From the NCBI GenBank assembly GCA_019058365.1, contig JAHPZE010000016.1, positions 33,670-97,669 on the forward strand: a stretch of 64,000 nt of DNA, in the 5' to 3' direction. Positions 1-9,595 of this stretch are shown piece by piece; position 1 is the first letter of the stretch; each line of letters opens with the position of its first letter. The stretch is from Promethearchaeota archaeon (GTDB lineage: Archaea > Asgardarchaeota > Lokiarchaeia > Sigyniarchaeales > SOKP01). A model generated the notes under the pieces. That model was not told the origin of the DNA. It ran no database searches and saw nothing but the letters and a program-made list of their open reading frames with translations. The position numbers were made by a program, and so were the translations under genes.

Positions 1-605
1 TTGACGTCGTAGGAGCAAGGATATTCGGTTTAACAATAAATGAGGTTCCACATTTGAGAATCGCTTATGAACGAGGATTAGGTGAAGGTGATTTAAACAA
101 AATAAAAGTAATAGGTAAAAATATAGAATCATATAATAAAAAATATGAATGGGATCTCTTACAAAAATTTCCAGAAAATGTTAAAATCATAAAAGGAAAA
201 GATTTAGTATGTAGAGAAGGCTGTCAAAACAATCCGCTATCATTATTACAATGCTTAGCTTTTGATTATCCAGAAAAATTTAAAGGTGGTTGGTTTATTA
301 TTATGGGAAAAGGCCATGATGAGGATTTAATTAACCAGTTAAAAGCAGAAGGCTATACCAAAGGATTAGTAGCAGGATATTGTGCTGTTGACGAAGTTGG
401 CCAAAAATTAAGAAAAGAATTTGGTAGAAGGAACATCTTTTTTTCAGGTGCTTGTAATAATCTTGCAGACACAGCCACTGCTGAACTAAAGTTATCTGGT
501 ATGAGTGCTCTCGATTTAGTTCCTTTATCACCTGAAGAAGTAATGAAGTTTATTCAAGAAGCTCAAAAACATGGTACCACAGCATTAATAACCACAGCAT
601 TTTGA
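1..605 (+). CDS. DUF362-family Fe-S protein, C-terminal part (5' truncated by the window)
   Basis: Frame is open from position 3 (DVVGARIFGLTINEVPHLRIAYERGLGEGDL), matching the DUF362 C-terminal D..A.RI.G.....PHL..A.E.GLG motif. Cys motifs (CREGC, GYCA, GAC) follow, then a T-tract after the stop. Confidence 0.7.
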   Translation, partial: DVVGARIFGLTINEVPHLRIAYERGLGEGDLNKIKVIGKNIESYNKKYEWDLLQKFPENVKIIKGKDLVCREGCQNNPLSLLQCLAFDYPEKFKGGWFIIMGKGHDEDLINQLKAEGYTKGLVAGYCAVDEVGQKLRKEFGRRNIFFSGACNNLADTATAELKLSGMSALDLVPLSPEEVMKFIQEAQKHGTTALITTAF

Positions 606-672
606 TTTTTTTTTCTTAGTTATTTTTTAAAATAAAGAAATTTTATTAAAGATATTTAACAAATACATTATT

Positions 673-1422
673 GTGGATTTAAGTTCTATTTATTCTGAGA
701 TAAAGCAACTCTTATCAATTTCTGATGATAATTTCGATTTGGAACGCAATATTAATTATTATTTTAACTCAGAGCCAGACGAGAACAAACTTGAAATTAT
801 TGGCGATATTTTAAGTTTTATAAATAAATTTTCGATATTTAAAGATAACAAACCCTTCATGAATTCATTATATACATGTATTAAAAATACTCTTGAAATT
901 AAACCTGATTGTATTTTTGAATTTAAAGAATTATTAGTTAAAAATTCAATTATGCATTTTGTCCAAGAATATATCGATTATTCTAAATTAAACCAAAAAG
1001 ATCAAATTTTAGAATTTTTAGTCGATTCACTAGAAAAACTTCAAGAACAACCTTTAATAATGAATCTTGGCTTATTAATTAAACCAATGTATCAGGATCA
1101 AAAGTATCTCACTAGTTTAGAAGATCTAAAAGAAGTTGAAGTCGCTTATAATATGGTTAATAACGTAGAGATTCTGGTTAAAAATGAAATTGATCTCTGG
1201 TTTAAAACTCAAAATATTAGTTTAAATAATCAAGATGAATTGTATAAAAATGTAAACCAAGAATTTAAAAATATTATTACTAAACATAATTTAACAATGG
1301 ATTCTGAAAAATCAAAGAAATTAGAATTGGAAATTATGGAAATGCTTACAATGAAATTAACGATGCTAAGTCTCATGGATCATATTTCTGATGATTCTTT
1401 TGAGCCCATTCCTATCAAATAA
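673..1422 (+). CDS. hypothetical protein, predicted all-helical
   Basis: 249-aa ORF with GTG start and normal codon usage. No recognised motif. Confidence 0.6.
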   Translation: MDLSSIYSEIKQLLSISDDNFDLERNINYYFNSEPDENKLEIIGDILSFINKFSIFKDNKPFMNSLYTCIKNTLEIKPDCIFEFKELLVKNSIMHFVQEYIDYSKLNQKDQILEFLVDSLEKLQEQPLIMNLGLLIKPMYQDQKYLTSLEDLKEVEVAYNMVNNVEILVKNEIDLWFKTQNISLNNQDELYKNVNQEFKNIITKHNLTMDSEKSKKLELEIMEMLTMKLTMLSLMDHISDDSFEPIPIK

Positions 1423-1559
1423 TTAGTTTATACTCTTCTATTTTTTATTAAAAAATATACTGGTTCCTTGAGTTTAAAACTTATTTATAGAATAAACATA
1501 AAAATTATTAAATAAGAATTTTGATATTATATTTAAAAAATCTCAATAATTTTTGAAAA

Positions 1560-2927
1560 GTGAGTATATTGGGAGAAAATGAAAAACCTTTATCTCTTGA
1601 TGAAATAAAAAAACAAAAGAAACTTTTTGACGACCTTTATAAGAAAGAAAAAGAAGAAAGGGAAGCTTATTTAAAAAGTATTGAAGAAATAAGAAAAAAA
1701 TCATTTATAGAAGGAAAAGATCACATTTCAAATTTGATAGATGAGAAAGCATTCAGAATTAATATTCAAAAAGAAACTACTGCTCAATTAAAAGACCTCA
1801 AACCAGATATTATTGGAACGAGTGAAAAAATAGAAAGGTCTGTTGGAGAGAAAGCCTTTCGAATAGAAAAACAACGTGAACTAGATGAGCATCGTATGGA
1901 ATTACATCCAGATATCGAAGGTACGGCAGAAAAAATTGAAAAATCAATTGGAGAGAAAGCTTTCCACATATCAAAACGAAAAGAATTAGATGAACAACGA
2001 ATTGGGATCCATCCAAATTTAGAAAGTACGGGTGAAAAAATAGAAAAATTCATTGGAGAGAAAGTGTTTCGAGTTGAAAAACAACGTGAATTAGATCAGC
2101 AGCGTATGGAATTACATCCAGATATCGAAAGTACTGGAGAGAAAATTGAAAAGTCAATTGGAGAGAAAGTTTTCCACGTAATAAAACGAAAAGAATTAGA
2201 TGAGCAACGAATTGGGATCCATCCAGATATCGAAGGTGTTAGTGAAATAATTGAAAAATCAATTGGAGAGAAAGCGTTTCGAGTAGAAAAACAACGTGAA
2301 ATTGATGAAACGCGCATTGAGATGCATCCAGATATTGAAGGTGTTAGTGAAAAAATAGAAAAATCAGTTGGAGAAAAAGCTTTTATGATTAATCGTCAGA
2401 AAGAAAGTGTTGTTCAAAGGAAAGAGATACATGCAGATATTGAAGGTGTCAGTGAAAAAATTGAAAAATTGATTGGAGAGAAAGCGTTTCGAGTAGAAAA
2501 ACAACGTGAAATTGATGAAATGCGCATTGAGATGCATCCAGATATCGAACAAGTTAGTGAAAAAATAGAAAAATCAGTTGGAGAAAAAGCTTTTATGATT
2601 GATCGTCAAAAAGAAAGCCTTGCTCAACGAAAAGAGATACATGCAGATATCGAAGATGTAAGTGAAAAAATTGAGAAATCTATAGGGGAAAAAGCTTTTA
2701 TGATTGATAGACAAAAGCAAAGCACCACTCAATTAAAAGAATTACATCCTGATTTGGAAGGTTCTGCTGAAAAAATTTCTACTCTTGTTGAAAAACAAGC
2801 TAATAAAATTGAAGAACAACGGGAGATTGATGAACACCGAATTGATATTAAAACTGAAGCAAAAAGTATCGTTAAAAAATTTGAATCACAAGTAGAAAAA
2901 ATCAAAAAAGATAACCAAGAAGAATAA
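1560..2927 (+). CDS. charged helical protein built from 35-aa tandem repeats
   Basis: Ten repeats of consensus HPDIEGxSEKIEKSIGEKAFRxEKQRExDExRxEx at aa 81-430, plus a degenerate copy before them. Confidence 0.85.
   Translation: MSILGENEKPLSLDEIKKQKKLFDDLYKKEKEEREAYLKSIEEIRKKSFIEGKDHISNLIDEKAFRINIQKETTAQLKDLKPDIIGTSEKIERSVGEKAFRIEKQRELDEHRMELHPDIEGTAEKIEKSIGEKAFHISKRKELDEQRIGIHPNLESTGEKIEKFIGEKVFRVEKQRELDQQRMELHPDIESTGEKIEKSIGEKVFHVIKRKELDEQRIGIHPDIEGVSEIIEKSIGEKAFRVEKQREIDETRIEMHPDIEGVSEKIEKSVGEKAFMINRQKESVVQRKEIHADIEGVSEKIEKLIGEKAFRVEKQREIDEMRIEMHPDIEQVSEKIEKSVGEKAFMIDRQKESLAQRKEIHADIEDVSEKIEKSIGEKAFMIDRQKQSTTQLKELHPDLEGSAEKISTLVEKQANKIEEQREIDEHRIDIKTEAKSIVKKFESQVEKIKKDNQEE
1800..2849 (+). 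repeat. intragenic 105-bp tandem repeat (10 units) with a 210-bp higher-order period
   Basis: Repeat-start codons fall every 105 nt (1800, 1905, 2010 ...). Alternate units are near-identical, e.g. ggagagaaagcgtttcgagtagaaaaacaacgtgaaattgatgaaa near 2265 and 2475. Confidence 0.9.
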
Positions 2928-2938
2928 TCATAAATATA

Positions 2939-3436
2939 CTAAATCTGAATATTGAATTTGAATAGGGAGTTTAAATTCATACTTTTTAATCTTTTTTTAT
3001 AATCTCTAATTGAGGGAGTTATTGCACCATTAAAATTATCAATGAAATTTTTGAATCTGATATAGAAATCTTCCATTATCTCTCGCAGGATCCCTCTTTC
3101 CATTTGTAAATTTGTTTTTTTTGTAATCGCTATAGCTAAAAGACGCCCTTCCCTTTCATATAAGATTCTTGTGCCTTTAAAGTTAATTTCTTGAAGTTCT
3201 TCATTGTTACCTCCATTCACTTCATTAATAAATAAATTTATTGCATTTAAAAAACTGCTAATTAAATCATCCTTTAAAAAATTCAAGCTATCTGTATATC
3301 TATTACTAACAAGTAAAGCACCAGTTTCATAATCTATGAAATATATCGCATGAAACCTACACTCTTGAGAATTAAACTTATCAAGTTCAAATCCAAAATT
3401 ATTTGTAATTTCCCTGAAATTATTTTGAAAACCCAT
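2939..3436 (-). CDS. Asgard longin-like domain protein
   Basis: FHAIYFIDYETGALLVS...DLISSFLNAINLFINEV...LQEINFKGTRILYERE..LLAIAI fits the beta-beta-alpha-beta-beta-beta-alpha pattern of Asgard longin/sigma-adaptin-like proteins. Confidence 0.65.
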   Translation of the reverse strand: MGFQNNFREITNNFGFELDKFNSQECRFHAIYFIDYETGALLVSNRYTDSLNFLKDDLISSFLNAINLFINEVNGGNNEELQEINFKGTRILYEREGRLLAIAITKKTNLQMERGILREIMEDFYIRFKNFIDNFNGAITPSIRDYKKRLKSMNLNSLFKFNIQI

Positions 3437-3695
3437 GATTATAGCTTGAATAAAAAAATCAATTATAGAGATCTTATGTAAAGAAAATTAAATTCAGCTA
3501 TAAAATACAAATAATATCTTAGTATTACCCAAGTCTTAAATATAAAAAAATAAAAAGTGCTATTATTAATTAAATTTTTAAGGATTATGAAAGCCCATAA
3601 ACATAATTATATAAACAATATAAAAAAATAAAAATAAATAGAAAAAAACTTTATATATCTTTACTCAAATATAACTTTTAATTACCTTTAGGTTT

Positions 3696-4166
3696 TTGAT
3701 AATGATGGAAACAGACAATAGTACTCAAAAAAATAAAATTTCTATAGGGCTAATTATAAATGATAATGAATTAAACACTAATCCTATATTTCCTCCTGAA
3801 ATTAAAGAAGAAATATTAGATTCACCCTATTATTTATTAATTTTCATTTCTCGTGAAGATGTTGTTAAAATAAGCTGTTTTCCGACTAAAAATAAAAATA
3901 TTAAGAAAATTCTCGTAAAACTCAAAGAATTTTCACCAGATCTCGTAAAAGGAATATCTAATGTATTAAATGAATTGAACCTAAGTAAAGAAATCTTACA
4001 CACAACGGGATTATGTTATGAAATGGAAAAATGTTTTTATGAGACTTATTTAATTGGAGATATGGTAGACTCTGGAAAATTAACTCTTGATATGATTAAA
4101 GAAAAATTTATGTCTGTAGCAAATGTTATTAGTGTTATAATTGAAGAAGTTCCCTCGTTAATATAA
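3696..4166 (+). CDS. hypothetical protein, possible C-terminal ACT-like domain
   Basis: KILVKLKEFSPDLVKGISNVLNELNL..EILHTTG resembles the ACT beta-alpha-beta start. The real start may be one of the ATGs at 3702/3705. Confidence 0.5.
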   Translation: MIMMETDNSTQKNKISIGLIINDNELNTNPIFPPEIKEEILDSPYYLLIFISREDVVKISCFPTKNKNIKKILVKLKEFSPDLVKGISNVLNELNLSKEILHTTGLCYEMEKCFYETYLIGDMVDSGKLTLDMIKEKFMSVANVISVIIEEVPSLI

Positions 4167-4252
4167 AAATGTAAACTCTCAATTATATGCTTCATTTTTA
4201 TAACCTTTTAAGTTTAAATCTAATCTAAAATCATTAAATTATCCGTGATCTA

Positions 4253-4459
4253 ATGAGTGATAAAAAAACACCACCTCCGCCCGCACTCCCTCCATCCTTT
4301 AAAATAGGGGACAATTTTTGCCTTTTCCATAAAGGTAATATTCAAGGAGATATCTACACATGTCCCGCTTGTAAAACTAATTATTGTTTGATATGTGCTA
4401 AAAAAGCAAAACTTGAAGGAAAGTTATGTATTAAATGTAAACAATTAATTCTACCATAG
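4253..4459 (+). CDS. small Pro-rich zinc-finger (RING/C1-like) protein
   Basis: TPPPPALPP followed by C-x2-H-x10-C-x2-C-x4-C-x2-C-x10-C-x2-C. Confidence 0.75.
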   Translation: MSDKKTPPPPALPPSFKIGDNFCLFHKGNIQGDIYTCPACKTNYCLICAKKAKLEGKLCIKCKQLILP

Positions 4460-4486
4460 TTCATTATTTTAATTACTTTATCTTTT

Positions 4487-4906
4487 TCATACTCGCTTAA
4501 TTGATGATAAGGATCTCCATGCCTTCCAAAAGATTAACCAAAGTATTATAAAAATAAATAAAGATGTCGCAAAAGTATACCATCCAATAAAAAGATCTCC
4601 ATAGGGGGGCTTGAAAAAGGAGAAAGGAATTCCAGCAATTGCAAATCCGAATAAGTACCCATATCCCCAGACCCGATTCTTTAGAGCAATAATGACCGTA
4701 GGTATAATTGTCGTAAAAATTATTGTTAGATAAGACCAAATCTCCATTGAAGCTAAAATAACCCCCATATTTAACCAAGATATGATAAATCCTACAATTA
4801 CCCAAATTACTGAAAAGATATCAATTTTAAATTCTGGTTCTGGTCTCCCTACTGCTTGTTCTTTATTGTTGTATGGCATGATTGAATAAAGTATGTTATA
4901 TAGCAT
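4487..4906 (-). CDS. small integral membrane protein (~4 TM)
   Basis: Four hydrophobic segments. The start may be the internal Met of MPYNNKEQ. Confidence 0.7.
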   Translation of the reverse strand: MLYNILYSIMPYNNKEQAVGRPEPEFKIDIFSVIWVIVGFIISWLNMGVILASMEIWSYLTIIFTTIIPTVIIALKNRVWGYGYLFGFAIAGIPFSFFKPPYGDLFIGWYTFATSLFIFIILWLIFWKAWRSLSSIKRV

Positions 4907-5104
4907 AATTATAAGAACTCTTTTTACTTTTATCTTCTCTTATAAACTCATAATTTATAATAATAAAAACCTACTAACACTAACAATTTGATTTATAAAT
5001 TCCTAATGATATATAAACTTAAGATAAAAATTGAATTTTATCAGAAATGAATATCTATCTAATAAAAATTTTTAAATTTTATAAAAAATAAAAAAACATT
5101 AATA

Positions 5105-5282
5105 ATATGACTCCTGCCTACACCCTGGATTTTTGTCTTTTGGTAGTGTAAATTTTTACACTCTGATTTCGCCCTCCTCCCCCTATTTTATTTTGACGCT
5201 TATTTGCGTCCCGTAGGACAGGAGTCACCCTTTCCTTTAAGATTCTGTTCCCTAATAAATCAAAAACAGATTAAAAAGGAAT
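5105..5282 (-). ncRNA. candidate structured RNA or cis-regulatory element, unassigned family
   Basis: GC-rich island in an AT-rich spacer. Closing stem 5108-5121/5213-5227, internal hairpins 5145-5162 and 5195-5210, second long hairpin 5232-5281 with G-U pairs possible only on the minus strand, and a minus-strand U-tract at ~5097-5083. Confidence 0.5.
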
Positions 5283-5571
5283 AATTACAAAAATGTTGGA
5301 ATTAATTCAAGAAAATTTAGAATTAAAATAAAATTAATTTCCACTTTTTATAGCAATTTAAAATTTAAAGTTAATGGTTATATTTTCTATTTAAAAATAT
5401 TAAAAAAAGAAACTTGATTTTCAATTTTATTAAGTTTTTTAATCTTTTTTAATAATATTGATAATACTATAGAGATTATTATAAGATTTAAATGATTTAA
5501 AAGTTTAATTAATAGAATAACTATTTATTAAAATACTATTTTAAACAAAATACAACAGAGTATAGATTCTT

Positions 5572-7305
5572 ATGACAGAATTAGAGATTCAAACTAATCA
5601 AAAGGATGACGTTGAGATTATCCGAACAACTATCAGCATTTGTCCAGAATGTATGCACCATCTTCCGGCTGAAATTTACGTAGATCCGGAAACAAATTGG
5701 GTTATGATGCGAAAACATTGTAAGGATCACGGAGATTTCAAAGATAAACTATCCATTAATCCTGAAGAATATAAATGGCAACAGAACATTACGAATGAAA
5801 TTGGTTCTACTGTAAATAATTCTACTCAACCTGAATATACTTCCTCCGGAATTAAAGAAGTAGATAAAGGATGTCCATATGATTGTGGTTTATGTACTAA
5901 TCATAAAAGCGCTCCAAATATATGTTTAATAGATATCACAAATCGCTGTAATCTAGCTTGTCCTATTTGTTTTGCGAATGCAAGTGCTGCAGGTTATGTT
6001 GTTGAACCAACTTTCGAACAACTTGTACAAATTATGGAACATTTTAGATCCATGCAACCTATTCCTGCGGTTTTACTCCAGCTATCTGGAGGAGAACCAA
6101 CTGTAAGAGATGATCTACCAAAAATAATTCGTAAAGGACATGAATTGGGTTTTACAGAAGTCATGGTTACTACTAATGGTGTTCGATTTGGGAAATCACT
6201 GGAATTTATGAAAAAATGTATGGATGCTGGAATGGATGCGCTCTATCTTCAATTTGATGCTACTGATAACCCTGAAGTATGGAAAAAGATCAGAGGAGTT
6301 AACTTATGGCCTCTTAAAAAGAAAGTCATTGAAAATGCTCGAAAGCTTGGCTTTTATGGCGTTATGTTAGTACCCGTAATCGCGAAAGGGGTAAATGATC
6401 ATGAAATTGGAAAGATTTTGGATTTTGCAAAAGATAATTGTGATGTCGTATCAGGCCTTATTTTCCAACCAGTCTCGTTAACAGGACGTATTAGCTTCGA
6501 AGAATTAATGGATATTAGATATACCACTTCTGATCTAAAAGAAGCAATTAATAAATATACCAATGGATCAGTAAAAAAGTTTTACCCAATCGCATTCACA
6601 GCAAAGTTTACAAAATTGCTAGCTTGGTTTGATGATATGCCACCTTTCAGTATGACAAGCCATAGCGACTGTGGATTTGCCACAATATGTGTTATTAATG
6701 ATAAGGATGAGTGGGAACCCATTGAAAACTTTTTTAATGCTGAAGGATTGATTCGATGGGCTAATCAAGTTTGGGATATGGTAGAGAAACAAGAAGTCCC
6801 AAAACCTACTGGATTATTGAAAGGCATTAACTTAAATGACTTTGGGCAGTTCGCTTCCAAAATTGGAAACTTTGTTGATGATATGACTAGTTTAGGTTAT
6901 CGCCAAATTATGAAGGCGTATTTTTTTGCTGGAGCAGCAAGATATATCAAAAGTCCAGAAAAAATTCTTACTAGTAAAACATATCAAGCATTTGCTCGTT
7001 TAGTAATGGCTCCAAACTTAAAATCTGCGGGGAAATTCTTTAACGACCGCAACCTAATGGTGTCTAGCATGCATTTCCAAGACGCTTACAACTTCGACCT
7101 TGATAGAGTATGCAGATGTCTTGTCCATTACGGAGTTATTGACCCGGATGACCCTTCAAAAGTTCGTGAGGTACCCTTCTGTGCAATGAATACTTTACAT
7201 CGTCCAATTATAGAAAGACAGCTTGCGATTGCGGGACAAACAGCGAAGAAACCAGAAGTTATCCAAGCTGAAATTGAGAAACTATTAGAAACAATTGAGA
7301 AATAA
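5572..7305 (+). CDS. tes: tetraether lipid synthase (GDGT-MAS/Tes, MJ0619-type radical SAM enzyme)
   Basis: N-terminal CPEC...CKDH metal site, GCPYDCGLC..H auxiliary cluster, radical SAM CNLACPIC, SGGEPT, and C-terminal HSDCG / MHFQDAYNFDLDRVCRC / VPFC. Confidence 0.9.
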   Translation: MTELEIQTNQKDDVEIIRTTISICPECMHHLPAEIYVDPETNWVMMRKHCKDHGDFKDKLSINPEEYKWQQNITNEIGSTVNNSTQPEYTSSGIKEVDKGCPYDCGLCTNHKSAPNICLIDITNRCNLACPICFANASAAGYVVEPTFEQLVQIMEHFRSMQPIPAVLLQLSGGEPTVRDDLPKIIRKGHELGFTEVMVTTNGVRFGKSLEFMKKCMDAGMDALYLQFDATDNPEVWKKIRGVNLWPLKKKVIENARKLGFYGVMLVPVIAKGVNDHEIGKILDFAKDNCDVVSGLIFQPVSLTGRISFEELMDIRYTTSDLKEAINKYTNGSVKKFYPIAFTAKFTKLLAWFDDMPPFSMTSHSDCGFATICVINDKDEWEPIENFFNAEGLIRWANQVWDMVEKQEVPKPTGLLKGINLNDFGQFASKIGNFVDDMTSLGYRQIMKAYFFAGAARYIKSPEKILTSKTYQAFARLVMAPNLKSAGKFFNDRNLMVSSMHFQDAYNFDLDRVCRCLVHYGVIDPDDPSKVREVPFCAMNTLHRPIIERQLAIAGQTAKKPEVIQAEIEKLLETIEK

Positions 7306-7480
7306 TTTATTCTCTTAATTTTTTAATACTATTTTTATTTAATTTATTTAGTTTTAAAATGTCTGAATTGCTAATTTATTTTTGAAAATTTTTATGATTC
7401 TTTCAATTTCTTTCCTTTATTGTTAATTTTACATTTAAAAATTATACAAATCTATATAAAACAATACATCATATATTTAT

Positions 7481-7939
7481 GTGAATTTCCAGAATAAGGT
7501 GAATTTTTTGCCAAAATTAGAACGAAAAATCAAAATTGAATCTACTCCTGAAAATATTTATAAAGTTGTATCAGACGGTTTGAATACGCCGAAATGGAAT
7601 CCTAGCGTAACGGCAGTAATACCTATTGAAGAAGGAAAATTCCAATTAGACACAGATTTGGGGGGGATTATAATAAATAAAACTCAAAATGATGAAAACA
7701 AGAGTACTATATGGTATACGGAGAAAAGTGATATGAATTCAATTGGATATATTTTATCTCCTAAAGCTGATCAAACAGAAGTGACAATTTGGACCGAATT
7801 TGAGGACAAGAAACTCTCGAAATTATATAAAAAGACAGCAGATACAATTTTAGATGGTCTAAAAAAGTATGTTGATTATATTGAAAAAGGAGGAGATCCT
7901 AGTATATATAAAAAATGGGAAGTCTTAACAACTCCCTAA
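7481..7939 (+). CDS. SRPBCC/START (polyketide cyclase-like) protein
   Basis: RKIKIESTPENIYKVVSD....PKWNP N-terminal motif and a C-terminal helix ILDGLKKYVD. The probable start is TTG at 7508 after an AAGGTGA RBS. Confidence 0.75.
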   Translation: MNFQNKVNFLPKLERKIKIESTPENIYKVVSDGLNTPKWNPSVTAVIPIEEGKFQLDTDLGGIIINKTQNDENKSTIWYTEKSDMNSIGYILSPKADQTEVTIWTEFEDKKLSKLYKKTADTILDGLKKYVDYIEKGGDPSIYKKWEVLTTP

Positions 7940-8093
7940 ATTCAATTTTTTTTAAAATCTATGTACAGTAAAATCCTTATATAACCTATAATTGTTAAGA
8001 AAATATTTTGTGATTTTAAAAAATTTAGGAAAAGAAGAATATAATAAGTTTATGGATATTAACAAGTGTGTAAGATAGTATTTATTAATAAAA

Positions 8094-9518
8094 TTAGATA
8101 ATTTTCCAGCGAGGACCATTTGGTGTATCTTCAAGTTGTATGCCTGCTTCTCTCAAATTATCTCTTATCTCATCACTAATTGCATAATTTTTTTCTTTTC
8201 TTGCTTTTTCACGAATACCTATAATTACATCCATTAGTTCATTTAACTTTATATCTACACTTTTTTCTTTCTTATAGAAATCAAGACCGAAAATATTGAG
8301 AAGTTCAAGAAGGGTATCACGTGCTGTGACAAGGATTTCTTTTTTATTCTCCAAGGAACTATTGATTTTTTTAATAAATTCATAGATAGCTGCAAGAGCT
8401 TTCGGATTGTTAAAATCATCATCCATTGACTCCTCAAAATCACTCCTTACAGTTTTAATAGCTTCTTCAAGAGTTTCCTCATCTCCTCCAGATGAATGCT
8501 CAATTGCGGTTAAACAATTTCTTATTTTTTCAATATTATTCTTCGCATTTTCAATAACTTTAGGATTCCAATCTACTGCAGACCGATAATGACCAGATAC
8601 AAGTCCCATTCGCACAACGAGTCCTCCATATTCATCAATTAATTCTCGAGCTGTGACATAATTTCCAAGACTTTTACTCATTTTTTTTCCATTTAATGTG
8701 ATAAATTCAGCATGCATCCAATAGTTAACAAATTTTTTTCCGGTTGCGGCTTCAGATTGAGCGATTTCATTAGGGTGATGAGTAGGGATATGATCAATTC
8801 CTCCACAGTGAATGTCTAGCGTTTCACCTAAGAATTTCATGCCCATAACTGAACATTCAAGGTGCCATCCAGGATAACCCTCACCCCATGGTGAATTCCA
8901 TCTCATGCTATGGACTTGATCCCCTTTTTGTGCATTTAACCACAAAGCGAAATCAAAATAGTTCTTTTTTAAAGGATCCTGATCCACTCGTGCTTGTGCT
9001 TTCTCTTCATCAAGCTTTAATCTCGCAAGTTTTCCATAATCTTTAAATTTCGCAGTATTATAATACACATTTCCTTGTACTTCATAAGCATAACCTTTTT
9101 CTAACAAAATTTGAATTATTTCAATCATTTCAGGAATTATAGATGTTGCTCTAGGGGAAATATTTGGTCTTTGGATGTTTAAATCATCGATTACTTGCCA
9201 ATATTCTTGAATTTGATTATCTACTAGCTCCCAAGGATTGATTTTTTGTTCTTTTGCTCTTTTCTCTATTTTATCTTCACCTTGATCTGCATCATCTGTC
9301 AAATGGCCAACATCAGTGAAATTTTGAACATGAAAAACATCATAACCCTTGTATCGTAGGTATCTAATAACTACATCCCAAGAACTATAAGTTCTTGCAT
9401 TGCCGATGTGTACATCATCATATACGGTCTGCCCACAAGTATAAATTCTAACTCGGCCTTCTTCTATAGGTTTAAAAATTTCCTTTTGCCGAGTCATAGT
9501 GTTATAGATTTTAAGCAT
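8094..9518 (-). CDS. cysS: cysteinyl-tRNA synthetase
   Basis: YTCGQTVYDDVHIGNAR (HIGH), GYPGWHLECS, HHPNEIAQSE and KMSKS motifs. Confidence 0.97.
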   Translation of the reverse strand: MLKIYNTMTRQKEIFKPIEEGRVRIYTCGQTVYDDVHIGNARTYSSWDVVIRYLRYKGYDVFHVQNFTDVGHLTDDADQGEDKIEKRAKEQKINPWELVDNQIQEYWQVIDDLNIQRPNISPRATSIIPEMIEIIQILLEKGYAYEVQGNVYYNTAKFKDYGKLARLKLDEEKAQARVDQDPLKKNYFDFALWLNAQKGDQVHSMRWNSPWGEGYPGWHLECSVMGMKFLGETLDIHCGGIDHIPTHHPNEIAQSEAATGKKFVNYWMHAEFITLNGKKMSKSLGNYVTARELIDEYGGLVVRMGLVSGHYRSAVDWNPKVIENAKNNIEKIRNCLTAIEHSSGGDEETLEEAIKTVRSDFEESMDDDFNNPKALAAIYEFIKKINSSLENKKEILVTARDTLLELLNIFGLDFYKKEKSVDIKLNELMDVIIGIREKARKEKNYAISDEIRDNLREAGIQLEDTPNGPRWKII

Positions 9519-9595
9519 AAAATAATAAATAATAGGAAAAAATAAGAATTTTACGGAAGAATCTAAGATTTTTCTTCTTCTTTTTTAATTTTGCC

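Noticed and set aside
1800-2849. CRISPR array, PPR or TALE-like repeat
   Set aside because: The repeats are in-frame coding units without unique spacers and lack PPR and TALE consensus residues, despite the 35-aa length.
5105-5230. SECIS element or tRNA
   Set aside because: The AUGA at the stem base is mostly Watson-Crick paired (no tandem GA quartet), no adjacent gene has an in-frame UGA, and there is no T-loop or cloverleaf pattern.
9519-9595. Cys-rich leader upstream of cysS
   Set aside because: 77-nt spacer with no uORF or Cys codons. cysS is probably co-transcribed with ileS or has its own simple promoter.
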